Shown here: positions 32,808-41,590 of the stretch, in pieces
Layout of the letters: every line of letters begins with the position of its first letter
Numbering within the stretch: the stretch's first letter is position 1
DNA from: an uncultured Verrucomicrobiae bacterium
GTDB taxonomy: Bacteria > Verrucomicrobiota > Verrucomicrobiia > Limisphaerales > Palsa-1400
Reading direction: 5' to 3'
DNA: 64,000 nt
Assembly: GCA_963702845.1 (NCBI GenBank)
Contig: OY969763.1
Span: 2,624,001-2,688,000, forward strand
The notes under the pieces: generated by a model
What the model saw: the letters and a program-made list of their open reading frames with translations, nothing else
What the model was told of the DNA's origin: nothing
The model's database searches: none
Made by a program: the position numbers and the translations under genes

Positions 32808-33601
32808 TTCGAACAAATTGGCGTAGAAAAACCGGATTCAGCTTGGTGGAGCTTCTTGTCGTCGTCGCTGTCATCGGCATTTTAGCCGCATTGCTGCTTC
32901 CGGTGCTTTCGCGAGCGAAGGATTCCGGACGTTCCACCGCCTGCCGGAATCACCTTCGGCAAATGGGAATAGCCCTCCAACTTTACGCGCAAGACGACAA
33001 GGCCTTGTACCCGCACTACCTTGGTTCGGCTGGCTCTGCTTACGGCGATACCACAGGTCAACGGAGCCGAGCGGCTGGATTGGTCTACTGGTCGTCCAAC
33101 CTTCGCCCTTACGGCATGCTTGCCTGGACGAATCGGGCTTTTCATTGTCCGGGCTACACGGGAGAGATCGCTGCCCCGAAGTGGAAAGATGCTGCGGATC
33201 GCGCCGGCAGTTACGCTTACAATACCTATGGGGTGCGGACGGGCAACACCACCCGAGGAGCTTTTGGGCTCGGTCCAATACAGTATTGGCAGATGGCCCC
33301 CAGACTTTACGTGCCAGCGGTCTCCCAATCGAAAATTGCGTCGCCCAGCGAGTTCCTGGCGATGGGCGACGCTCTCATGAAGGTCGGCACGTCAGGCGCC
33401 TCGGATGTTTGGGGGTGCATCAACGCTTTCGGTGGCGAACTGGTGACTGCTCCTTTCGTGGCACGCCACGGCCGCAAAGACAATCAGGCGTATGTGGACG
33501 GCCATGTTTCGTCCAGAGCCCCAGGCGAGATTTACGATCCGGTGAAGACGGCCCCATTGTGGAACTACGACCACCGCTCGCATGAGGAGCTATGGAAGTA
33601 G
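32804..33601 (+). CDS. Prepilin-type N-terminal methylation / H-X9-DG domain protein
   Basis: GFSLVELLVVVAVIGILAALLLP; RHGRKDNQAYVDGH. Confidence 0.88.
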   Translation: MIRTNWRRKTGFSLVELLVVVAVIGILAALLLPVLSRAKDSGRSTACRNHLRQMGIALQLYAQDDKALYPHYLGSAGSAYGDTTGQRSRAAGLVYWSSNLRPYGMLAWTNRAFHCPGYTGEIAAPKWKDAADRAGSYAYNTYGVRTGNTTRGAFGLGPIQYWQMAPRLYVPAVSQSKIASPSEFLAMGDALMKVGTSGASDVWGCINAFGGELVTAPFVARHGRKDNQAYVDGHVSSRAPGEIYDPVKTAPLWNYDHRSHEELWK

Positions 33602-33657
33602 TGATTCAAATGGCCAAACATCGGCCGTGGGTCGCTGAGCCGCTGAAGGCAGACTGA

Positions 33658-34158
33658 GTGAGTTACTACACATCAATTTTCTGGGATTTAATCCACACTC
33701 CGTTTCAGCATATTGAGCTGATTTGGGGAATTGTGCCGCTCTACTTCGCCCTGCTGGTGAGCGAATTGAACTCCGCCAAGGCGAATTTCCGCACGGCGAT
33801 TCAGACGGGCTTCAGTTTTATCTGGGCGGCGGCGCAGTGGCTCTACCTTTACCGCCAAGCGCACCCGCATCTGGGGATTCAGGTGGAACCGCGCCCGGTG
33901 GTGCCGATCAACCTGTTCGTCACGTTCCTGGTGCTGGCGTTGGGTGCGGTGGCCTTGTTCAGCGGGCTGCGGCATCGCTTCCCCAGGTATGGCTCGTTCC
34001 TGGGCCAGACACGGTTTGCCAATTATTTCATGATCACGATCTATCCCATCCAGGCGCATTATTTTGTTTGGACGTGGGATCGTTTGGCGGCGATTGCAAT
34101 GTTTGCGGTGCCGGTGTGGCTGTTGCTGCACTTTGGGTTAATGCCGCTTAGGAAATAA
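33658..34158 (+). CDS. Hypothetical integral membrane protein
   Basis: 166 aa with 4-5 hydrophobic segments. Confidence 0.7.
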   Translation: MSYYTSIFWDLIHTPFQHIELIWGIVPLYFALLVSELNSAKANFRTAIQTGFSFIWAAAQWLYLYRQAHPHLGIQVEPRPVVPINLFVTFLVLALGAVALFSGLRHRFPRYGSFLGQTRFANYFMITIYPIQAHYFVWTWDRLAAIAMFAVPVWLLLHFGLMPLRK

Positions 34159-34200
34159 GACCGTCCGACCCATGACATCCATCCATTCGCGAAGAAATGT

Positions 34201-34280
34201 GTAGGAGACGAGGTGACGAGTCTCTGACTTCCTGTCGGACGAGCGGAGTTCAATTTGAGACTTGTCACCTCGTCTCCTAC
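34201..34280. repeat. REPIN-like inverted pair of GTAG REPs
   Basis: GTAGGAGACGAGGTGACGAGTCTC ... GAGACTTGTCACCTCGTCTCCTAC (23/24 inverted match). Confidence 0.85.
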
Positions 34281-34329
34281 AAAATTAAATTTTTGTCGCT
34301 TAGCCTGATGGCTGTTTTATTCTGGCGCG

Positions 34330-35376
34330 GTGAACCTGTCTATTCTGACCGCTTCCATTTTTCTGAGCGCAAGCATCGCCGCGCAGGCCGATAAAGCCGA
34401 TAGGTACCTGAATGCCCAAATGCGCGAGCATCGCATCCCCGGCCTTGCCTTACGCGTGCTTCGCAATGGCAAACCGATCAAGACGGCAGCTTATGGGCTG
34501 GCCAATATTGAATTGAACGTGCCGGTCACTTCGAAGTCGGTTTTCGAGATTGGTTCGGACACGAAACAATTCACTGCCGCCTGCATTCTCCTTTTGCAGC
34601 AGGAAGGAAAGCTCTCGGTTGATGACCCGATCACGAAATATCTAAAGGATGCCCCCGCGGATTGGAGCAACATTCGCATCCGCCATCTGCTTTCGCACAC
34701 GTCCGGGTTGAAAAGTTACACCGTCCTCGATGGTTTCGCCCTGACCCGCCATCTCACCCAAAAACAATTCATCGATCTCATCGCCAAACAGCCGCGCGAA
34801 TTCGCGCCGGGCGAGGCTTTCAATTATTGCAATACCGGCTACAACCTTCTCGGGCTGATTGTTGAAAATGTCAGTGGCGCGCATTACTGGCAGTTTCTGC
34901 GGGAACGCATCTTCCAACCCTTGGGCATGAACTCCACCACTTCGCGCGACCCGTCGATCATCGTCACCAATCGCGTGAACGGTTACGAGCATCCGCGTCG
35001 GGGTGGCTTGATCAACCGCGACTACGACCTCACGGACATCTTTGCCGCTGGTGCGATCGTGTCGACCGTCGAGGATCTCAGCCGTTGGAATAACGCTCTC
35101 GACACCGATAAACTTCTCAGCAGGGAAAGCAAACGGCAGATGTGGACCCCGGCCAAACTGAACAATGGCACAGAGACCGACTACGGGTTTGGCTGGCGCA
35201 TTTCAACGGTGGATGGCCACAGGAACATTGGCCACGGCGGCTCTACCTCTGGATTTTCTGCCACGATCCAGCGATTTCCGGACGATCATCTCGTGGTGAT
35301 CATCCTCAGCAACACTGACGAGGAAATCGCCACCAAGCTCGGTAAGCAAGTCGCCACATTCTACTTTGCCAAATGA
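34330..35376 (+). CDS. Serine hydrolase, beta-lactamase (AmpC/PBP-like) family
   Basis: SDTK (SxxK), LLSHTSG, YCN, HGG. Confidence 0.9.
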   Translation: MNLSILTASIFLSASIAAQADKADRYLNAQMREHRIPGLALRVLRNGKPIKTAAYGLANIELNVPVTSKSVFEIGSDTKQFTAACILLLQQEGKLSVDDPITKYLKDAPADWSNIRIRHLLSHTSGLKSYTVLDGFALTRHLTQKQFIDLIAKQPREFAPGEAFNYCNTGYNLLGLIVENVSGAHYWQFLRERIFQPLGMNSTTSRDPSIIVTNRVNGYEHPRRGGLINRDYDLTDIFAAGAIVSTVEDLSRWNNALDTDKLLSRESKRQMWTPAKLNNGTETDYGFGWRISTVDGHRNIGHGGSTSGFSATIQRFPDDHLVVIILSNTDEEIATKLGKQVATFYFAK

Positions 35377-35573
35377 GCTCCCGACCGCTGCTGTCTATAA
35401 AAAGCGCGCGTCTTGAATTCTACTCGGGCATTGGTGGTTCCCTCTAAAATCGTCGGCAGTATCAACTGGACGTCGGTTGAATTCTTAAGGCCCTCACAGA
35501 GTTGAGCGCCAAAACGGTTCAAGGGTTTGACCTTGATCAAAGTCAATAAAACCGAAAAAATTCCAGTCCGTTT

Positions 35574-38093
35574 ATGAAAACTACCCAACTGGCCCTTCTC
35601 GGTGCGCTCCTTGCTTTCAGCTCGTTACATCTTTTCGCCGCCCCACTTAATTGGGATCCGGCCGGAAGCGCAGGTGCGGCGCTGGGAGGACCTGGAAACT
35701 GGGACCAGGCATCGTCCGATTGGTTCAACGGAACAGTCGATATGATTTGGGCCAACGCCAACAACGATGACGCGATTTTCTCTGGAACCGCCGGCACGGT
35801 CACATTGACGGAAAATATTTCCGCCGGAAATTTATATTTTACCAACGCGACCGGGAATTACGTTATTGGGAATGCGACAGGCGCGGAAGTTTTGACTGTT
35901 GCCGGAGCCGTTGACACTGGCGGCGGTGAACATATCGTCACCGCGCCGATCGGCAATTCGAGCACGCTGAACAAGAATGGCGCAGGACGGTTGCATTTGC
36001 CCGTGGACAACGGTGCGACCCTCACCGGCGCTGTGGTGATCAACCAAGGCGATCTTTCGGTTGAGAACAATAATGGCGCGGGCCAATATACTTCGATAAC
36101 GGTAGCCGACGGCGCGGCTTTGGTGTTGAACGGCGGCGCTACGGGGTTGCCTGGGTTTTATGCTAACGTGACCATCAATGGTTCAGGCATCACCAACAGC
36201 GGGGCGCTTCGGAACCTGTCGGGTGTAACGACTTTTTATGGACAGATTACATTGGGAGAGAACAACAGTGTCATTTATGCGGATAGCGGCAGCGCTTTGG
36301 CTTACCTCGGGTCAAGCCCGCTTACCGACAATGGAAATAATTATAATCTGATTATCAGCGGGTCGGGGACGGGCAACGTTCATTTGGGTCAAACCAGCAT
36401 TGGCGGGACCCTGTTCGTCCAAGGCCCCGCGTCGTGTTACGCTTACCTGACCTCAATTACGCCGGCAGCTTGGAAAAGCACGTCTATCTCGAGAGGCGGC
36501 ACGCTTTACGTCGAGGACGCTACCTGCTTTGGAACGCAACCGGGCACACTGATGACGACAAACGTGCTTTTGGATGGCGGCACGATTAACTCGACTGGCA
36601 CCTACACAATGTATGCCACCGATGGTATCACGGGGACCACCAATGGCGGCACATTGACTGTCGCTAGTGGAACCTTGACGACCTGCAATATTTACAGCCA
36701 ATCAAATGCCGCTGTTACACTCGGAGGCGCGGGAAGCAGTAGACCCGGCGGTGCGGCTGGCGCAACGACCGGCACCATCAATTTGGGCGCAGGAGCCCTC
36801 ATCAAGAGCGGCGGCGGCGATTGCCATTTGGGTTTCGCCAATCCTGCGCTTGAAATCTACAGCAACCTCGTGGTGAACGGCGGCAGCGTCACTTTCAATT
36901 ACGATGTGACCGCCGGTCAAATAACTAGTTTGGGAGCGGTGCCCAGCACTCTCAATGCGTCGAACATCGTGTTAAATGGAGGCCAGCTGCACGTCGGTCA
37001 CAGCACCACGATCGGCGCCACGCGCGGGATCTACGTTGCGTCGGGTGGCGGAACCATCGAGGATGTCACTTCCGGCGGAACTGTGACTGTCGCGTCGCCA
37101 ATCAGCGGGCCGGGCAGTATGAACTTTCCCCTGGGCAAGACCGGCAGCACCACGACGGTGGCTTTAACGACCAATAACAGCTATGCCGGAACGACAACAG
37201 TCGGCGCCAGTAGCATCCTCAACGTTGGCGCAGGCGGCGCGAATGGAACGCTCGGCGCGGGCAATACCACTGACAACGGCACGCTGATAATCAGTCGAAC
37301 GGGCAGCTATTCATACAACAAGATCATCAGCGGCACCGGGTCATTGACCAAAAGCGCGAGCGGGACCCTCACCCTCACCGGCGCGAGTACTTATTCCGGC
37401 CCCACCACCAACACCACTGGCGCGCTGTTTATTAACAACACCAGTGGCAGCGGAACAGGCACCGGCTCTGTGTTCATCACCTCGGGCACCCTTGGCGGAA
37501 ACGGCTCTATCAGCGGCGCGGTCACGATGAATTCCGGTTCGACGCTTGCTCCGGGACCGACGGCCTTGTCGGTGGGGACATTGACCATTAGCAACAATCT
37601 CACCATTGGCGGCAACGTAGCCATTGCCATCAATAAATCACTTTCACCAAGCAACAGCGCGGTGGTTGTTACTGGCGCCTTGACCGATTCCGGCGCGGGA
37701 ACGCTAAACGTTACCAACCTGGGCCCGGCGCTCGCCGTGGGCGACAGGTTCCAAATCTTCAACCAACCTCTCACCGGCAATGCCATGGCGGTTTCGGGCG
37801 GCGGAGTAATTTGGAACAATAATCTTGCGGTGGATGGCTCCATTTCCGTCGCCACAGTGCCGACCCCGGGCATCGCCAGTTATTCATTCAGCGCTGGCAA
37901 CCTGATCCTGGCGGGAACCAATGGCTATCCGTCGGCTGGTTTCAGCGTGCTGACCTCCACCAACGTGGCCGCTTCCCTGACGAATTGGACGACCTTCACC
38001 ACCGGGTCCTATGACGCGAGCGGCAATTTTGCCATCACCAACGCCATCACGAACACCGCCCCTACGCAGTTCTTCGTTATCAAGTCGCATTAA
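35574..38093 (+). CDS. Secreted beta-helix protein with autotransporter-associated (PATR) repeats
   Basis: GSLTKSASGTLTLTGASTYSGPT, NNSYAGTTTV repeats; PVC-type C-terminal 'VLTSTN...FFVI'. Confidence 0.88.
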   Translation: MKTTQLALLGALLAFSSLHLFAAPLNWDPAGSAGAALGGPGNWDQASSDWFNGTVDMIWANANNDDAIFSGTAGTVTLTENISAGNLYFTNATGNYVIGNATGAEVLTVAGAVDTGGGEHIVTAPIGNSSTLNKNGAGRLHLPVDNGATLTGAVVINQGDLSVENNNGAGQYTSITVADGAALVLNGGATGLPGFYANVTINGSGITNSGALRNLSGVTTFYGQITLGENNSVIYADSGSALAYLGSSPLTDNGNNYNLIISGSGTGNVHLGQTSIGGTLFVQGPASCYAYLTSITPAAWKSTSISRGGTLYVEDATCFGTQPGTLMTTNVLLDGGTINSTGTYTMYATDGITGTTNGGTLTVASGTLTTCNIYSQSNAAVTLGGAGSSRPGGAAGATTGTINLGAGALIKSGGGDCHLGFANPALEIYSNLVVNGGSVTFNYDVTAGQITSLGAVPSTLNASNIVLNGGQLHVGHSTTIGATRGIYVASGGGTIEDVTSGGTVTVASPISGPGSMNFPLGKTGSTTTVALTTNNSYAGTTTVGASSILNVGAGGANGTLGAGNTTDNGTLIISRTGSYSYNKIISGTGSLTKSASGTLTLTGASTYSGPTTNTTGALFINNTSGSGTGTGSVFITSGTLGGNGSISGAVTMNSGSTLAPGPTALSVGTLTISNNLTIGGNVAIAINKSLSPSNSAVVVTGALTDSGAGTLNVTNLGPALAVGDRFQIFNQPLTGNAMAVSGGGVIWNNNLAVDGSISVATVPTPGIASYSFSAGNLILAGTNGYPSAGFSVLTSTNVAASLTNWTTFTTGSYDASGNFAITNAITNTAPTQFFVIKSH

Positions 38094-38098
38094 GCTCT

Positions 38099-38160
38099 CC
38101 GCGCCGGACACAAACATCCCGAGCCGGCATAACCGGTTGGGTTAAAGTTCAAGAAGCAAA
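38099..38160 (+). repeat. L repeat, copy 5 (RAGHKHPEPA* plus GGTTGGGTTAAAGTTCAAGAAGCAAA)
   Basis: Homologous to 14075-14136. Confidence 0.9.
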
Positions 38161-38168
38161 GCGGAGGC

Positions 38169-38459
38169 TCACGATGCGCTCTTTTTCGAAAACGGCAGAC
38201 TAAACAACAAACCCCAGCAAAGACTCTGCAAAATCATCACTAGAGTGCTTCCTTCGGAGCCAAATCCTTCCCGGTGGTGCAGCAGCTTAAATATCGTAGT
38301 CAGAGGAAAAGTAAAAATATACATCGGGATCTCCCAAGAACCGTGTCCGCCAGTAGGACTCGTCGCTTCCGCAGCTGCTAGAACGATGCAGCCAAATCCC
38401 AGCAGGAGATGAATAATCCCAATTACAATAGCGACTGTGAAATTGGGGCGCAGATGCAT
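38169..38459 (-). CDS. Small membrane protein (cassette cargo 4)
   Basis: MHLRPNF..., 2-3 TM segments; ATG 7 nt after GTTCGGAC of the hairpin. Confidence 0.7.
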   Translation of the reverse strand: MHLRPNFTVAIVIGIIHLLLGFGCIVLAAAEATSPTGGHGSWEIPMYIFTFPLTTIFKLLHHREGFGSEGSTLVMILQSLCWGLLFSLPFSKKSAS

Positions 38460-38469
38460 ACAGATTGTC

Positions 38470-38518
38470 CGAACAGCGGGTTGTATATCACCAACCCGCT
38501 GTTCGTCGCAATTCAATC
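38470..38518. repeat. R hairpin repeat, copy 4
   Basis: Perfect 14-bp inverted repeat CGAACAGCGGGTTG-TATATCAC-CAACCCGCTGTTCG. Confidence 0.88.
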
Positions 38519-38525
38519 GCGCAGT

Positions 38526-39146
38526 TTACGGGGCGCAGGTGACAATCACGCTTTCGCTCCAGGTGCCGACTTCCACGCCGTCCAAAACATACACCGCCTT
38601 ATACTCGCGTTGCTCCGGTTTGCCGGCGGCGAGCAGCACGCGGGTGTCGACGTAGGGCGACTCGGTGTCGCGGGCCAGGAAACTGAATTCGGTCTCCGCG
38701 CCGCGTCGGCAATAGATGTTCACGCCGTCGCCCTTGGGGTTGGTGAAGTCGATCTGGGCCTGGCCGTTGACCAGCGGTTTGCCGGTGATTTTCGGCGCGG
38801 CGGTGTGGATGTCGAAGGTGTCTTCGGCTCCGTTGATGCCGTAAGTGTCGCCCACGCCCGGATTGTAGGCGGCGCTGGATTTGATGCGATTGGCCAAACC
38901 GCGGCTCTGGGCGATGGCGATGATGAGGCTGGTGTTTTTGGCGGTGACGGCGTTTTTGGCCGCCACTTGCGCGGTGTTGTTGGCGCTTATTTTGGTGTGC
39001 AAATCGGTGTTGGCGGCGCCGATGGCGGTGACCTCGCCGGCGGTCAAACCGTAAGTCGTCCCGCTGGCGACGGCCGCAGCCTTGAAGATGTCGTGCCAGG
39101 CGAGGAACTCTGCGTCTTTGTGGGGGATGAAGTCTTTTCTAGCCAT
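38526..39146 (-). CDS. Hypothetical protein (helical N-terminus, FN3/Ig-like C-terminus)
   Basis: DFIPHKDAEFLAW N-terminus; 'PYVDTR...REYKAVY...VGTWSESV' C-terminus; strong codon bias. Confidence 0.8.
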   Translation of the reverse strand: MARKDFIPHKDAEFLAWHDIFKAAAVASGTTYGLTAGEVTAIGAANTDLHTKISANNTAQVAAKNAVTAKNTSLIIAIAQSRGLANRIKSSAAYNPGVGDTYGINGAEDTFDIHTAAPKITGKPLVNGQAQIDFTNPKGDGVNIYCRRGAETEFSFLARDTESPYVDTRVLLAAGKPEQREYKAVYVLDGVEVGTWSESVIVTCAP

Positions 39147-39231
39147 ATGTTCTTTGTATTTAAGTGGTTAACTGACTCTGGACGTTTCCACGGGATGCCC
39201 GGGAAATTCCCCCGAACGCTCGGGGGAAAAT

Positions 39232-39450
39232 CTGGAAGCTCTGGCGGCACCGCCAGAGACGCTGGCGGTAGAGCCAGAGGTTCTGGCGCTAAAGCTGGAT
39301 GTTCCGGCGGTGCGGCTGGAACGGCTGGCGGTGCCGCTGGAAGTTCTGGCTAGACCGCTGGCGGTTGCGGCGGTGCCGCTAGAAATTCCAGCGGTAAGTC
39401 CAGAAGGCGTAGCGGTGCGGCTGAACAGTCCAGCGGTGCGGCTGGAGTCC
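39232..39450. repeat. Degenerate 21-bp tandem array (about 10.5 units)
   Basis: Consensus approximately CTGGAAGTTCTGGCGGTGCCG, exact 21-bp period. Confidence 0.85.
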
Positions 39451-39546
39451 CCATCCCTGTCCCGACCACCCGCCGGGACGGCGTATGCTGACGCGCGTGC
39501 CATGATTCGCCCGGGATTGTTCCCGACACGTTCACCGTGTCAAGCG

Positions 39547-39657
39547 TTACATAGGTGGTTTGCTTGTGTGCGGCAATAGGATGGCGAGCAATATGCCAGC
39601 AAATATTGTGGCCGAAAGCAGGATCCAAAACCATCGTTTGCGATAGAACGGTGTCAT
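39547..39657 (-). CDS. 36-aa single-TM peptide
   Basis: MTPFYRKRWFWILLSATIFAGILLAILLPHTSKPPM*; ATGA overlap with the upstream ORF. Confidence 0.5.
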   Translation of the reverse strand: MTPFYRKRWFWILLSATIFAGILLAILLPHTSKPPM

Positions 39658-39860
39658 TTGCCCTTGTCTCGCTTAACAAACTGATAAATACCGCCAACCA
39701 GCAATATTCCCGCACCCAACAACTTCAAGGCGACAAATAATGGAGACTCCTTTTGGTGTGTAGTTTTCAACGACAGCATGAGAAGGCAAAGTGCAGTGCA
39801 AAAAATAAGCATGAAGAACCTACGTCCCCAAAATCTTCGCTTTTTTGGTATTTGGTTCAT
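39654..39860 (-). CDS. Small two-TM protein
   Basis: GGCGAGA RBS-like site, basic N-terminus, two hydrophobic helices. Confidence 0.6.
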   Translation of the reverse strand: MNQIPKKRRFWGRRFFMLIFCTALCLLMLSLKTTHQKESPLFVALKLLGAGILLVGGIYQFVKRDKGK

Positions 39861-39875
39861 CTACAATTCTCGCCT

Positions 39876-40089
39876 TTATTTACCCGCCGCCGCCGCCGGC
39901 ACATAGACCACTCGATTGGGCTGCGTCGGCGCATAGGCGTTGCGTTGGGGAATGTTGGCGCGATGGAACGGTTTGTAATCCTTGATCGCCCCAACTCGCG
40001 CGATGCGCAGCGACTTGCGAATGATTCCCTTGCCGCCGTTGCTGTCGCTGAACTTGCCTTCGCCGTAGCCCACGCCTTTTGTCCCGGAG
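39876..40089 (-). pseudogene. Displaced copy of the 3' end of the 41591-42667 gene
   Basis: SGTKGVGYGEGKFSD...NRVVYVPA; 9 synonymous and 3 non-synonymous codon differences before the variable tail. Confidence 0.92.
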
Positions 40090-40105
40090 TGCTCGTCGTC
40101 CAGTT

Positions 40106-41502
40106 TCATTGCGATTGTAGAATGTAGAACTGCTGGGCGACGTTGGGATCAATGTTCAGAGATGACGGTTTGTGCTGGCCGTCGGTCAAAGTGAAATTAT
40201 TGCTGCCCCGAATGCTGATAGTATTAGTCCAAATCGTTGTCCACGGTCCGGGCGGATCGCTAAGGTTCGTGGTCGCGAGCAAATAATTTAGGCCACCAAA
40301 ATAACAGGTCCCGACAAGCTGCAGATTGGTGTTTGAAACAATGCTGATACTCGTCAGCACAGGCTCCGGCGCGGGAACAATCCGTTCGGGAAACTGACAA
40401 TTGCCCGTAAAACCATCGCCAAGTTGATAATAGGTGTCCTGACCCATTCCCCAAAGGACGCCGTCGGATTTCAAATACAGACTGTGATGGGCCTCACATC
40501 CCTTTGCGACTGCAATAACATCGCAATCCACGAGAGTCGGCTTGTTTGTGCTGCCAACGCCGCCAATGCCAAGCTGGCCGTATTGGTTTGCGCCCATGAC
40601 ATACAGGCAACCGTCGGACTTAAGAAAGAGACAGTGTTGCCATGCCCCAGCGATTGCGACAACGTTGCTGGACACAATCTGCACCGGCCGATTGGTGACG
40701 TAGACGGTCTCGCCGAGTTGTCCAAAAACGCCGGAACCCATTCCCCAAAGGCTGCCGTCAGATTTTAAAAACAGGCTGAAGCCACCGCCGCCTGCAATAG
40801 AAACAACCCCGTTGGAAATGATCTGCTCGGGTTGGTTTGTATTGCTCAAAGTACATCCCCGAGCTGACCATTGAAATTGGCCCCCATCGCCCAAAGACTG
40901 CTATCAGATTTCAGGAAGAGACTATGATCTTCTCCAGCGGCTATGGCTGTAACATCGCTATCGACGATTTTCTGCGGTCGGTTTGTCGTTGTGAACGTTC
41001 CATTTCCGAGCGAGCCATAATTGTTGTAGCCCATCGACCAAAGGCTTCCGTCCGATTTAAGAAAAAGAGAATGGTTACCTCCAGCAGCGATCGCCACCAC
41101 TCCCTGCGATACGATCTGCTCCGGTTTGTTCGTGTCGGTGAAAGTTCCATCGCCGAGTGCGCCGTATTGGTTCGACCCCATGACCCAAAGACTTCCGTCC
41201 GATTTAATAAACAGACTGTGACGAAATCCGGTGGCGATTGCCGTCACGCTGTTGGAGACGATCAACTCCGGTCGTTTGGCCGGATTCAGAGTCCCATCGC
41301 CAAGCTGGCCGGCGACATTATTTCCCATGGCCCAAAGACTGCCATCAGATTTGACGTATAGGCTGTAAAGATCACCAACGGCACTGTTAGTCACCGTTAC
41401 AGCGCCGATCGCGAAAATTCTAGAAAGCAACAAGGCCAGAACACCCAATTTGACCATCAAGATTGCACGGTAAGGCCGTGCGCTAAAAGAGGGTGCTTTC
41501 AT
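40106..41502 (-). CDS. Secreted RCC1-repeat protein (apparent frameshift near 40855)
   Basis: HSLFLKSDGSLWxMGxNxxGQLGDGT repeats in ORFs 40846..41502 and 40106..40894. Confidence 0.87.
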
Positions 41503-41590
41503 TCGCTATCTTATTGAACCACCGCGTTGGAACTTGCAAGCGGCTTTCTTTCCGCAACCGTCCAACGAAAATGCGCCCTTTACCTCAGCC

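Noticed and set aside
14065..38520. CRISPR array from the L/R/S repeats
   Set aside because: Copies are hundreds to thousands of bp apart, separated by whole genes, and no cas genes are present.
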